From positions 1,550,001-1,614,000 of the forward strand of contig OZ251224.1 in NCBI GenBank assembly GCA_965240325.2: 64,000 nucleotides of DNA, read 5' to 3'. The notes under the pieces were generated by a model. The model had not been told where the DNA came from. It was given only the letters and a program-made list of their open reading frames with translations, and searched no databases. Source of the stretch: Rebecca billardiae RCC1528. Its lineage: Eukaryota > Protista > Haptophyta. Of this stretch, positions 45,604 to 58,133 are shown in pieces; the first letter of the stretch is position 1; every line of letters starts with the position of its first letter. The position numbers were made by a program, and so were the translations under genes.

Positions 45604-46333
45604 CAAGGGCCGTGCACGGTGCAGCCTGTCGCCCGGATTGAGTTTTGAGAATGAGATTCGCCGCTGAGTGACTCAGACTACTGGCAACTGGGTCGACCGT
45701 GCTGATGACGACGTTTGCGCCTTTGCCGAAACTTTAACTTTGCCCGAATTGCCGGTTTGGATTGTGTATATTATTTGTGCACATCATTCTGAATGATGTA
45801 ATATATATATACATATATATATTACATCATCGGCGCGGCTAATTAGTAAACTATAATAGATGAGCCGATGACTTCAATATTCAATAAGCTAGATACCGCC
45901 TATACTGCCTAGGATCGAGCTTGGCCAGTCACACTGACACGCTGATCTTTTGAGCCGCTCGTAACGCAATACTACTTCGCTCATCGTTGTTGCGTCGTCA
46001 GCTCGCCGTAGCCGTCATGATCAGCCGATGGCGATGCCCGATCTGCATCTGTTATCCGTCGTTGAATGGATCAGCCTCGCCACCGAAAAAAAGCAGGGAA
46101 AAAGCTCGCGCTGGAAAATCATGACGATCACGATGATGCATTTTCTTTTGATGGCGGCTTTTTGCCACGGCGTGCGCTGCCACTACTGAAGAGCTTTCAT
46201 TTTGAGCCTCGCGTCGTCCGCCGCACGCCTGGGCTACGACGGAGTCCTCCGGCGGCGGAGTGGGGTCGCTGCGCTCCACCGAGAGCGGCCGTCTAAAGTG
46301 CGAGCTTCTGGCGCGTCTTGGAGCGAGGGCATC

Positions 46334-49300
46334 ATGTCCGGCCGCTCGCCATCGGGCACGCCGCCGCCGACTGCTTCGAGCTCCCCGTTCCAGTTCGGTT
46401 CGGCACAGCCTGCATCGGCCGGCGCTGAAGGTGGCGATGCCGCCCGGGGCGCGCCCGGGCCTCGCGTCAAGAAGGTTGACGTGCAGTTCTCGGGCGCGGA
46501 CTCGATCGGCGACGTGGTCAAGGCGGTGCGCGGCCCGCCCGCGGCGACCGCTCTCGAGCTGTACGGCGCCGCGATGGATCAGGAGGAGAGCGACACGCTG
46601 TGTGACGGCGCGGGCATCGCCCTTGCCGAGGCCATCACAGCCGCGCGCGGCTCGCTGGGCGAGGTGACGCTGCGGCAGCAACGTATCTGCGCCTCCGAGG
46701 TCAAGGCCCTGATGGGGTCCTTGTCCGAGCAGAGCGCGCTGCGCCAGCTCGACCTGACGGAGAGCAGCATTGGCGACGAGGCCGGCGAGGTGCTGGCATC
46801 GGCGCTGGGCTCGTGCGCGGCGCTGCGCGTCGTGCGGCTCGGCGACTGCTCGCTCGAATCGAGCGTGGAGCTCGTGGTCAATGCGCTACGCATGGCTGGG
46901 TCGCTGGAGGAGCTCGATCTGTCGTACAACGAGCTGGACGCGTCGGTGGTGAGCGTGCTGTGCGACTGCGCGTCTGCATGGCCGTCACTCCGCTTGCTCA
47001 ACCTCGAGGGCACCGAGCTCGAGGAGGAGGACGTCGAGCCGTTGCGCGAGGCTTTGCGCGAGACGGGCACTGCGTCGGCGCTGCGGCTGGAGGAGGAGTC
47101 CGAGGATTCGGAGGACGAGGACGAGGACGGCTCCGACGCCGAGAAGGCGCAGGATGAGGCAAAGCAAGCCGTCAGCGCTGGCGGTCCAGGCGCGCAGGGC
47201 AACGCCAGCCAGCGCACAGCGACTGGGGCGGGAGGCGCTTCAGCCGCTGCTGGGGCTGGCGGCAAGGCCGGAGCCGTCCCATCGGCGTCCGGAGAGGGCG
47301 CTTCGACCAAAGCTGCCGCAAGCGCAGGTGCGAGCGGCTGGGCGGGCACTGCTCTCGCCACGGCGGCGAGCGGCAGCGGTGGCGGCAGCGGCGGCGATAC
47401 CTGGGAGTGCCCGACGTGCTCCGTGGCGAATCAACGCTCTGCTGTCGCGTGCATCGCGTGTGGCTGGGTGGACGAGACGCGTGCGCCATCCAAGAGTGAC
47501 CTCGCGGCCAAGTTCGCAAGCTCCTCCGCGTCCGGTGCCGGCGGCGGGACTGGCTTCGCGTTCGGAGGAGCTGCGTCGGCCTCTGCCTCGGGCCCAAGCA
47601 CGGGCTTCTCCTTCGGCGGCGCGGCGAGTGGCTCCGCTGGGGCGTCGGAGACCAAGGGCGGTGGCTTCTCCTTCGGCGGCGCGGCGAGTGGCTCCGGTGG
47701 CGCGTCGGAGACCAAGGGCGGTGGCTTCTCCTTTGGCGGCGCAGCGGCTGGCTCGAGCAGCGCGCCCGAGGCCAAGGGCGCGCAGAGCGCAGGATTCTCC
47801 TTCGGCGGCGCGGCTGTCGGTGCCACTGCCGCGTCGGACAGCAAGGGGGCACAGAGCTCGGGCTTCTCCTTCGGCGGCGCCGCAGCCGCGAGTCAGCCCG
47901 GTCAGAGCACTACGGCTGGCTTCTCGTTTGGCAAGCCTCAGCCGGCTGCAGCGGGAAGCGGCGGGGCGAGCACCAGCCAGGCGGGCGGCTTCGCCTTTGG
48001 CAGCTCGGCTCCGTGTCCCACGCGGCCCTGCGAGCAGGCGGACAGTACCGCACCGACCGCCGCGGCGGGGGCTGGTGGGACCCCTGGATTCGCGTTTGGC
48101 GGCGGCAGCAGCCCTGCGAGCGGCGGGGCGGTTGCCACGGCAGCCGGCGGCTTCCATTTCGGCGCGAGCCCCTCGGCTGGCGGACCAAGTGGCGGCGGTG
48201 GCACCGGCGGAACGCCGGCGACAGCCACTGGCGCTGCATTTGCCTTCGGGTCCGCTGCTACTGCTGCTGCGGACGGCGACCCAGCCCCGAGCGCGGCCAC
48301 GCCGAGCACGGCGGCAGCTGGAGTGCGCGTCAAGAAGGTTGACGTGCAGTTCTCGGGCGCGGACTCGATCGGCGACGTGGTCAAGGCGGTGCGTGGCCCG
48401 CCCGTGGCGACCGCTCTCGAGCTGTACGGCGCCGCGATGGACCAGGAGGAGAGCGACACGCTGTGTGACGGCGCGGGCATCGCCCTTGCCGAGGCCATCA
48501 CAGCCGCGCGCGGCTCGCTGGGCGAGGTGACGCTGCGGCAGCAACGTATCTGCGCCTCCGAGGTCAAGGCCCTGATGGGGTCCTTGTCCGAGCAGAGCGC
48601 GCTGCGCCAGCTCGACCTGACGGAGAGCAGCATTGGCGACGAGGCCGGCGAGGTGCTGGCATCGGCGCTGGGCTCGTGCGCGGCGCTGCGCGTCGTGCGG
48701 CTCGGCGACTGCTCGCTCGAATCATGCGCTGAGGTCTTGGTCGAGGCCCTGCGCATGGCTGGGTCGCTGGAGGAGCTCGATCTGTCGTACAACGAGCTGG
48801 ACGCGTCGGTGGTGAGCGTGCTGTGCGACTGCGCGTCTGCATGGCCGTCACTCCGCTTGCTCAACCTCGAGGGCACCGAGCTCGAGGAGGAGGACGTCGA
48901 GCCGTTGCGCGAGGCTTTGCGCGAGACGGGCACGGCGTCGGCGCTGCGGCTGGAGGAGGAGTCCGAGGATTCGGAGGACGAGGACGACGACGATTCGGAG
49001 CCCGGCAGCGGCGACGATGCGGCCGCCGAGGATGAGGCCGACGCGGCAGCTGCGTCGCACTCGGACGATCGGAAAGGCGCCGCCGCCGATGACAGCGCGG
49101 GTGACTCCGAGGAGACGGACGAGGACGACGGCCAGTTCAGCGCAGCCTCCGCCCAGTCAGCGGCCTCGGGCTCCGAGCACGTCCGCCAGCGCATGCCGGC
49201 TGCGCCGCCGGCTCGCGCCGTGCCTCCCGCGCCAGCAGCGTCGGCCTCGCCCTTCTCCGCGCCGGCACGCCCAGACGGGAGTGCGACCAAGCCCACGTTC

Positions 49301-52300
49301 GCCTTTGGCTCAGCAGCGCAGGCGCTTTCGCCTGCAGCTGGCGGCCCGACCGCGTTCGCCTCCCCGCCGGCCGGGAGTCAGCTCACCTTCGGCATGCTGG
49401 CTGCTGCCGCGAGCAAGAGCCCTCCTGTCGCCTTCGGCGGCGTGGGCATCGCGCCAACCTTCAGCGCGTCGCCCGGGCCGGCGGGCAGTCCGGCCCTTGG
49501 CACTCCGAGCTCGGTGCCGCACCAGACGTCCACCATCCACTCGCCTGCCGCCCCTGCGCCCACCTCGGCCAAAGCCAGCCCTGCCTCGAGTCGCGCGGCG
49601 GTACGGACGGGTCCGGTGGTGAAGGGCAAGGCCGAGGAGGACCTGCTCAACGCGGCCGAGCTGGGCGACCACGATGCTCTGGTGCAGGCGCTGGGCGCGG
49701 GCGCGGACGTGCGCTGCGTGGACGACAAGTCTTACACGGCGCTGCACTGGGCGGCGAAGGAGGGCCGGCTGGACGACGTGCACTCGCTAGTGGGCGCCGG
49801 GGCGCCGCTCGACGCGCAGAACAAGATCGGCGCGACGGCGGTGATCCTGGCGGCGTCGAGCGGTTGGGACGACTGCGTGGGCGCGCTGCTCGAGGCGGGC
49901 GCGAGCCTGGGCGTGCTGACGAACAAGGGCAAGTCCGCGCTGCAGGTGGCGCGTGAGAAGAAGGACAAGGTGGACGACGCGGACGAGGTGAAGCGGCTGG
50001 AGGCGTGCATCAAGCTGCTCGGCGCAGCTGAGGGCGGCACCATGCCAGCCGGCGTCGCACCGGGCAGCGCGACGCCGACAGCCGTTGCGGCCGCCACGGG
50101 CAGCACTCCGGCTGGGAGCGGCGCCGAGGCCAAGCCGGCCGTATCCGCCGCTGGCTCTGGCTTGGCGCAGTTCAACTTCTCGTTCGGCGGCGGTGGCGCG
50201 ACGCCATCGAGCGGCGCGAAGCCGAGCTTCGGTTTTGCGCCGGGCAGCGGCGGCACGCCTTCGTTCCCCAAGCCGAGCGCGCCGCTGTTTGGCGGCGGCA
50301 GCGGCGCCTTTGGCAGCGGCGGCGCGACGCCCGGCGGCTTTGGGGTCTCGCCGGTGGCTTCCGCTGGTGGCAGTCCGTTTGGGCTGGGCTCGGCGTCGAA
50401 GCCGCTGACGTTCGGGGCCGTGGCGGCCACAGCCGGAGCTGGCGGCTTCGGGGCCCCAGCTGCATCGGCGGGCGCGTGCGGCTTCGGTCTGGCGCCATCG
50501 GCTCCGGCCACATCGGCTGCGCCGAGCCCGTTCAGCTTCAGCTTTGGCGGCGGCAGCGGCATCGGCAGCGGCTCGGCGGGCGCGTTCGGCGGCACGCCCA
50601 AGTCTGCGGCGCCGTGCGTGGTGGCCGCGAGCACGCCGCCGTCGACGGCAGACGCGAGCAGCGGTGCGACGATCTCGAGCAGCGCTCCCACGGTCACGTG
50701 CGCGCCATCCATGTTCCCGAAGCCGACGGTGCCGCCCGCCTCGAGCGCAGCCGTGTCGGCAGCGCCGCCGAGCGTGCCAACCGTCGCCCCGCTGCGCGCG
50801 GCGGTACGGACGGGTCCGGTGGTGAAGGGCAAGGCCGAGGAGGACCTGCTCAACGCGGCCGAGCTGGGCGACCACGATGCTCTGGTGCAGGCGCTGGGCG
50901 CGGGCGCGGACGTGCGCTGCGTGGACGACAAGTCTTACACGGCGCTGCACTGGGCGGCGAAGGAGGGCCGGCTGGACGACGTGCACTCGCTAGTGGGCGC
51001 CGGGGCGCCGCTCGACGCGCAGAACAAGATCGGCGCGACGGCGGTGATCCTGGCGGCGTCGAGCGGTTGGGACGACTGCGTGGGCGCGCTGCTCGAGGCG
51101 GGCGCGAGCCTGGGCGTGCTGACGAACAAGGGCAAGTCCGCGCTGCAGGTGGCGCGTGAGAAGAAGGACAAGGTGGACGACGCGGACGAGGTGAAGCGGC
51201 TGGAGGCGTGCATCAAGCTGCTCGGCGCAGCTGAGGGCGGCACCATGCCAGCCGGCGTCGCACCGGGCAGCGCGACGCCGACAGCCGTTGCGGCCGCCAC
51301 GGGCAGCACTCCGGCTGCGAGCGGCGCCGAGGCCAAGCCGGCCGTATCCGCCGCTGGCTCTGGCTTGGCGCAGTTCAACTTCTCGTTCGGCGGCGGTGGC
51401 GAGACGCCATCGAGCGGCGCGAAGCCGAGCTTCAGCTTTGCGCCGGGCAGCGGCGGCACGCCTTCGTTCCCCAAGCCGAGCGCGCCGCTGTTTGGCGGCG
51501 GCAGCGGCGCCTTTGGCAGCGGCGGCGCGACGCCCGGCGGCTTTGGCGGCTCGCCGGCAGGGGCGGGCGGCAGTCCGTTTGGGCTGGGCTCGGCGTCGAA
51601 GCCGCTGACGTTCGGGGCCGTGGCGGCCACAGCCGGAGCTGGCGGCTTCGGGGCCGCACCTGCATCGGCGGGCGCGTGCGGCTTCGGTCTGGCGCCATCG
51701 GCTCCGGCCACATCGGCTGCGCCGAGCCCGTTCAGCTTCAGCTTTGGCGGCGGCAGCGGCATCGGCAGCGGCTCGGCGGGCGCGTTCGGCGGCACGCCCA
51801 AGTCTGCGGCGCCGTGCGTGGTGGCCGCGAGCACGCCGCCGTCGACGGCAGGCGCGAGCAGCGGTGCGACGATCTCGAGCAGCGCTCCCACGGTCACGTG
51901 CGCGCCATCCATGTTCCCGAAGCCGACGGTGCCGCCCGCCTCGAGCGCAGCCGTGTCGGCAGCGCCGCCGAGCGTGCCAACCGTCGCCCCGCTGCGCGCG
52001 GCGGTACGGACGGGTCCGGTGGTGAAGGGCAAGGCCGAGGAGGACCTGCTCAACGCGGCCGAGCTGGGCGACCACGATGCTCTGGTGCAGGCGCTGGGCG
52101 CGGGCGCGGACGTGCGCTGCGTGGACGACAAGTCTTACACGGCGCTGCACTGGGCGGCGAAGGAGGGCCGGCTGGACGACGTGCGCTCGCTGGTGGGCGC
52201 CGGGGCGCCGCTCGACGCGCAGAACAAGATCGGCGCGACGGCGGTGATCCTGGCGGCGTCGAGCGGTTGGGACGACTGCGTGGGCGCGCTGCTCGAGGCG

Positions 52301-55300
52301 GGCGCGAGCCTGGGCGTGCTGACGAACAAGGGCAAGTCCGCGCTGCAGGTGGCGCGTGAGAAGAAGGACAAGGTGGACGACGCGGACGAGGTGAAGCGGC
52401 TGGAGGCGTGCATCAAGCTGCTCGGCGCAGCTGAGGGCGGCGCCACGCCAGCCGGCGTCGCACCGGGCAGCGCGACGCCGACAGCCGTTGCGGCCGCCAC
52501 GGGCGGCACTCCGGCTGGGAGCGGCGCCGAGGCCAAGCCGGCCGTATCCGCCGCTGGCTCTGGCTTGGCGCAGTTCAACTTCTCGTTCGGCGGCGGTGGC
52601 GCGACGCCATCGAGCGGCGCGAAGCCGAGCTTCGGTTTTGCGCCGGGCAGCGGCGGCACGCCTTCGTTCCCCAAGCCGAGCGCGCCGCTGTTTGGCGGCG
52701 GCAGCGGCGCCTTTGGCAGCGGCGGCGCGACGCCCGGCGGCTTTGGGGTCTCGCCGGTGGCTTCCGCTGGTGGCAGTCCGTTTGGGCTGGGCTCGGCGTC
52801 GAAGCCGCTGACGTTCGGGGCCGTGGCGGCCACAGCCGGAGCTGGCGGCTTCGGGGCCCCAGCTGCATCGGCGGGCGCGTGCGGCTTCGGTCTGGCGCCA
52901 TCGGCTCCGGCCACATCGGCTGCGCCGAGCCCGTTCAGCTTCAGCTTTGGCGGCGGCAGCGGCATCGGCAGCGGCTCGGCGGGCGCGTTCGGCGGCACGC
53001 CCAAGTCTGCGGCGCCGTGCGTGGTGGCCGCGAGCACGCCGCCGTCGACGGCAGGCGCGAGCAGCGGTGCGACGATCTCGAGCAGCGCTCCCACGGTCAC
53101 GTGCGCGCCATCCATGTTCCCGAAGCCGACGGTGCCGCCCGCCTCGAGCGCAGCCGTGTCGGCAGCGCCGCCGAGCGTGCCAACCGTCGCCCCGCTGCGC
53201 GCGGCGGTACGGACGGGTCCGGTGGTGAAGGGCAAGGCCGAGGAGGACCTGCTCAACGCGGCCGAGCTGGGCGACCATGATGCTCTGGTGCAGGCGCTGG
53301 GCGCGGGCGCGGACGTGCGCTGCGTGGACGACAAGTCTTACACGGCGCTGCACTGGGCGGCGAAGGAGGGCCGGCTGGACGACGTGCACTCGCTAGTGGG
53401 CGCCGGGGCGCCGCTCGACGCGCAGAACAAGATCGGCGCGACGGCGGTGATCCTGGCGGCGTCGAGCGGTTGGGACGACTGCGTGGGCGCGCTGCTCGAG
53501 GCGGGCGCGAGCCTGGGCGTGCTGACGAACAAGGGCAAGTCCGCGCTGCAGGTGGCGCGTGAGAAGAAGGACAAGGTGGACGACGCGGACGAGGTGAAGC
53601 GGCTGGAGGCGTGCATCAAGCTGCTCGGCGCAGCTGAGGGCGGCACCAAGCCAGCCGGCGTCGCACCGGGCAGCGCGACGCCGACAGCCGTTGCGGCCGC
53701 CACGGGCAGCACTCCGGCTGCGAGCGGCGCCGAGGCCAAGCCGGCCGTATCCGCCGCTGGCTCTGGCTTGGCGCAGTTCAACTTCTCGTTCGGCGGCGGT
53801 GGCGCGACGCCATCGAGCGGCGCGAAGCCGAGCTTCGGTTTTGCGCCGGGCAGCGGCGGCACGCCTTCGTTCCCCAAGCCGAGCGCGCCGCTGTTTGGCG
53901 GCGGCAGCGGCGCCTTTGGCAGCGGCGGCGCGACGCCCGGCGGCTTTGGGGTCTCGCCGGTGGCTTCCGCTGGTGGCAGTCCGTTTGGGCTGGGCTCGGC
54001 GTCGAAGCCGCTGACGTTCGGGGCCGTGGCGGCCACAGCCGGAGCTGGCGGCTTCGGGGCCCCAGCTGCATCGGCGGGCGCGTGCGGCTTCGGTCTGGCG
54101 CCATCGGCTCCGGCCACATCGGCTGCGCCGAGCCCGTTCAGCTTCAGCTTTGGCGGCGGCAGCGGCATCGGCAGCGGCTCGGCGGGCGCGTTCGGCGGCA
54201 CGCCCAAGTCTGCGGCGCCGTGCGTGGTGGCCGCGAGCACGCCGCCGTCGACGGCAGGCGCGAGCAGCGGTGCGACGATCTCGAGCAGCGCTCCCACGGT
54301 CACGTGCGCGCCATCCATGTTCCCGAAGCCGACGGTGCCGCCCGCCTCGAGCGCAGCCGTGTCGGCAGCGCCGCCGAGCGTGCCAACCGTCGCCCCGCTG
54401 CGCGCGGCGGTACGGACGGGTCCGGTGGTGAAGGGCAAGGCCGAGGAGGACCTGCTCAACGCGGCCGAGCTGGGCGACCATGATGCTCTGGTGCAGGCGC
54501 TGGGCGCGGGCGCGGACGTGCGCTGCGTGGACGACAAGTCTTACACGGCGCTGCACTGGGCGGCGAAGGAGGGCCGGCTGGACGACGTGCACTCGCTAGT
54601 GGGCGCCGGGGCGCCGCTCGACGCGCAGAACAAGATCGGCGCGACGGCGGTGATCCTGGCGGCGTCGAGCGGTTGGGACGACTGCGTGGGCGCGCTGCTC
54701 GAGGCGGGCGCGAGCCTGGGCGTGCTGACGAACAAGGGCAAGTCCGCGCTGCAGGTGGCGCGTGAGAAGAAGGACAAGGTGGACGACGCGGACGAGGTGA
54801 AGCGGCTGGAGGCGTGCATCAAGCTGCTCGGCGCAGCTGAGGGCGGCGCCACGCCAGCCGGTGCCACGCCAGCCGGGTCGGCGCCGGGCGGCACCAAGCC
54901 GACAGCATCATCAGCTGCCCTGGGCTCGTTCGGATCCGGGCTGGGTGTCGCGACCGCGCTTCCGACGACGGCTTCCTTCGCTTTGGCCGCGGGAGGGCTC
55001 GGCCTGCCCCCGGCCGGCTCATCAGCCGCCGCGCCGCCCGCGTTCGGCGCGCAGCCCTTCGGTGCGTCTCTTTTCGGTGCCCCGTCCAAGGCGGATCCGA
55101 CGGCATCGCTTGGAGCGTCAGTCCGGATGCCCGCCGAGTCGTCGCGAGCCGCCGCTGCTGCTGCCGCAGTCACAAAGCCGGCAGCGGGCACTGTCTCCTC
55201 GTCAGCAGGCGCAGCTGGCGGCGGCCAGCGCGCGGCGCAGCTGGCCACTGCGGCGAGGCTCGCAGATGAGGCTGGCTTCCACGCAGCGCTCGCGGCGAAG

Positions 55301-56762
55301 GCGGACTCGCGCGCAGCCGACGGCTCGGGGAACACAGCGCTCCATTACGTGGCTGCGCGAGGCTCGGAGTCGATGCTTCGCTCGCTGCTCGCGCTCCCAG
55401 GCGAGGTGGACCTGATAAACAAGGTGTGCGCGCGCGTGAGCCGTGCTGCGCGCTGCGTGCGCGCGGCACAGCCTGCGCGCATGCGACAGCACGCGCCGCC
55501 CATCCGAGACGCCCTGCCGCTGAGTACTCGTCCACCGCTGCGCGCCCCCGCCTCCACGCACCCACATTACAGGATGGTGCCACGCCGCTCATCCTGGCGG
55601 CATCGAACGGCTGGCCGAGCTGCGTGCAGCTCCTGCTCAGCGCCGGCGCGGACGCGAGCGCGCGCACGGCCGAGGGCAAGTCTGCAGCGCAGCTCGCGGA
55701 CGAGCACATGGCCGCGGATGCGGAGGACAGCAGCGCGCAGGACGCGTACGGTCGCGTCCTGAGCTTGCTGCACTCGTCGGCTACCGCGGCTGGCTCGAAG
55801 CCTCCCCCGGCATCGACGGCGCCACCCGCCACTCCAGCCCCGGCGAGCTCCGCGCGGGCAGGAGCGGAGGCGCAGCAGAACTCCACCGCCGCCGCGCAGC
55901 TCGCAGCAGCCGAGCGCGCGCGCGCTCTGCTGGCGCGTCTGAGCGCAGCGGAGGCGTCCAAGGCGAAGGAGCTCGAGGCTAGCGAGGTGCGGATGCAGGC
56001 CTCGGCTGGGCCACGCCGCGCTGCACGCGCCTCCGCGCGCCCCGTGCGTGCTCTGACGCGCGAGCGTTCCCATTGCCCCTGCTCACGGCCCGCGCGCGCC
56101 CGCAGGCGCGGAGCAGGGCCCTCGAGCGGCAGCTGGACGCCGAGAAGGCTGCGGCCAAGGCAGCACAGGCCGAGGCTGCGGAGGCGCAGCGGCACGCCGC
56201 GCAGCTCGAGGCAGAGGCGAGCGTGCTGCGGCGCGAGAAGCTCCTACTCGACCAGGCGGAGGCGCTCGTCGAGACGCTGCTCGGCGACCTTCGCCGCACG
56301 GAGGACGAGCTCAGGGAGGCGGACCAACGCGCCCGCACGGCCTCGCTGCCGCCACCAGTCCACAGCGCGGACGCGGCAACCTCAACAGATGTGCCTCTGG
56401 GCACGACAGCTGCCCACGATGAGCCCGTCGATGCTGACTGTGCTGGTGCTACGCCGCAGACGCCGACGACTCCTGTGCCGCGCGACGAGACGCCGATGTC
56501 GCAGCCGCCGTCGTCGACGAGGCAACGTCAGGAGACGATGCACGCGGCACGCATTGCGCTGATGGCGTCGCCGGCCAAGCGGCCGCCCATGGATGCGCTC
56601 ACGCTGCGTGTAGCTTCAGAGCGCACACGTCCCGGCGGCGGCGCGCCGCCTGCGCAGGGTTGGTCAACCATTGGCAGCACGTCTGGGCCGCGCGACAGGT
56701 CTGATCCGCAGCTTCCACTCGGCGTCGCCCTGCTGAACGCGTCTCCAGCTGCGCGTAAGTAA
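46334..56762 (+). CDS. Giant nucleoporin-like protein: 2x(LRR+acidic tail), RanBP2-type ZnF, FG repeats, ankyrin modules, coiled coil (exons 46334-55423, 55573-55986, 56106-56762)
   Basis: Open frame of over 9 kb containing WECPTCSVANQRSAVACIACG, many FSFG/FAFG and ankyrin TALHWAA motifs. GT-AG introns at 55424-55572 and 55987-56105 restore an ankyrin repeat (NK/DGATPLILAA) and the coiled coil. Confidence 0.85.
46463..48987 (+). repeat. Intragenic duplication of ~660-bp LRR module (46463-47124; 48326-48987)
   Basis: Near-identical DNA offset by 1863 bp. Confidence 0.92.
49592..54860 (+). repeat. In-frame tandem repeat with 1200-1203-bp unit (ankyrin + FG region), 4 full plus 1 partial copy
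   Basis: Units start at 49592, 50795, 51995, 53198 and 54401. Confidence 0.95.
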
Positions 56763-57046
56763 GCAGCGGTGCGAGCGCGACACCGGACACGCCCTCGCAG
56801 TCGCGTTCGGCGTTGCTGCGCACGAAAGTGCCACGACCGACGATGACGCCGATTACCGATGATGCGTCAATGCTACACTGGGCTACACGATGATCGTCGT
56901 AGTCGATAATGATATGTTGATTCAGCGACTGAGTAGACTGCGGCGGCGTGTCTGGCTTGTGAGACTGAGTTGTGTTCGACACTGGCAGCACACTGCTGCA
57001 TTCTGCAAGTTACACTGACGAACACTAGCTGCCAGTCACTGCCACT

Positions 57047-57140
57047 TACAGTTTACTATGATTTAACGTGCACACTTGGTTAAGGCGTGATTAACGCCAT
57101 CCAACACTGCACAAAGACACCGCCACAAAACAGACCGGCG
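57047..57140 (-). repeat. GTAAACTGTA-ending element (related subfamily)
   Basis: Homologous to 43491-43646; hairpin GGCGTTAATCACGCC followed by ..catagtaaactgta. Confidence 0.7.
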
Positions 57141-57170
57141 ACAGTCTCGGACAATCCCAGTCCCACTTCA

Positions 57171-58133
57171 TCACCGCGCGACACGGCCACCGCCTGCTGG
57201 AGGCCTCCGCTCACCCCACGGAGTGCAGCTATTGTCCACAGCTGTCATATCGTCCATCCGCAGACCACCGCGACGGAGAGCCCCCTCGATTGCCCTGTAC
57301 GCCCTGCTGCCCACCGGGGGGACGTGACCTGAGCGCGTGTACACGTTTGCTCCTCCGTAACCCTCCCATGCGGCGTTGCTCCCATGGTAGCGCACAGCAA
57401 ACCAGGGCTCCTCAGCCGAGTTGCTCACTTGGGCGCCGAGCACGAGCCACTTGTCCTCGTAGTTGAGGTAGGCTGGCTCGAGGCGCAGCAAGAGCTCATG
57501 CGGACGCGAGGGGTCGGGCTGCGTGATCCGTTTGCCCCCTTCCCGGGTGAACCATTTGTCCCCGTCCAGGTGCACGCGGTAACGGAACACGGCCGGCACT
57601 GAGCGGGTCGCGCCCACCCGCTCGCCCTTGGAGAAGGTGTGCACCTGGCAGTCAAACTTGTCAAACGCGGGGTTGAGCCCCAGGGTGAGCTTCCAAGTAC
57701 CCGAGAGCAGCTCGTCAACGGGTGGTACAGCCGGTGGCTCCAGCTGGAGGGCAGCGCGCGCGCGATCGAACTCGGCAGCATCGCTCGTGTCCCCCGCCAA
57801 GGGCGGCACGCATCGTGACTGCGTCATCGCGCATTCCGAAAAGGATCGTAGCGTAGAGTCCTCGTATAGATCCATGCAGCGCACCTGGCCGAGGGGGTCC
57901 GAGGCGGACGCGCCAGCGCACGCGATGCCACGCGCGCACGAGCCGCTCTGCATGCAGGCGGCCAGTTCAGGCTTGCACTCGCGCACGACACAGCGCATGT
58001 CAGCGGCATGCGCGACGGCCAGTTCAGGATGCGCTGGTGGATGCAAGCACAGCAGCCAGCTGGCGGCATGCGCTACGACGCTTGTCGCGAGGGACCGCGA
58101 CGCGTGCGAGCCCACGGGGCCGCCTCCGCGCAT
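57171..58133 (-). CDS. VDL: Violaxanthin de-epoxidase-like lipocalin protein
   Basis: Cys-rich N-domain; GTWKLTLGLNPAFDKFDCQVHTF, LNYEDKWLVL, YHGSNAAWEGYGGANVYTR and DNSC motifs; lacks the Glu-rich tail of true VDE. Confidence 0.85.
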   Translation of the reverse strand: MRGGGPVGSHASRSLATSVVAHAASWLLCLHPPAHPELAVAHAADMRCVVRECKPELAACMQSGSCARGIACAGASASDPLGQVRCMDLYEDSTLRSFSECAMTQSRCVPPLAGDTSDAAEFDRARAALQLEPPAVPPVDELLSGTWKLTLGLNPAFDKFDCQVHTFSKGERVGATRSVPAVFRYRVHLDGDKWFTREGGKRITQPDPSRPHELLLRLEPAYLNYEDKWLVLGAQVSNSAEEPWFAVRYHGSNAAWEGYGGANVYTRSGHVPPVGSRAYRAIEGALRRGGLRMDDMTAVDNSCTPWGERRPPAGGGRVAR

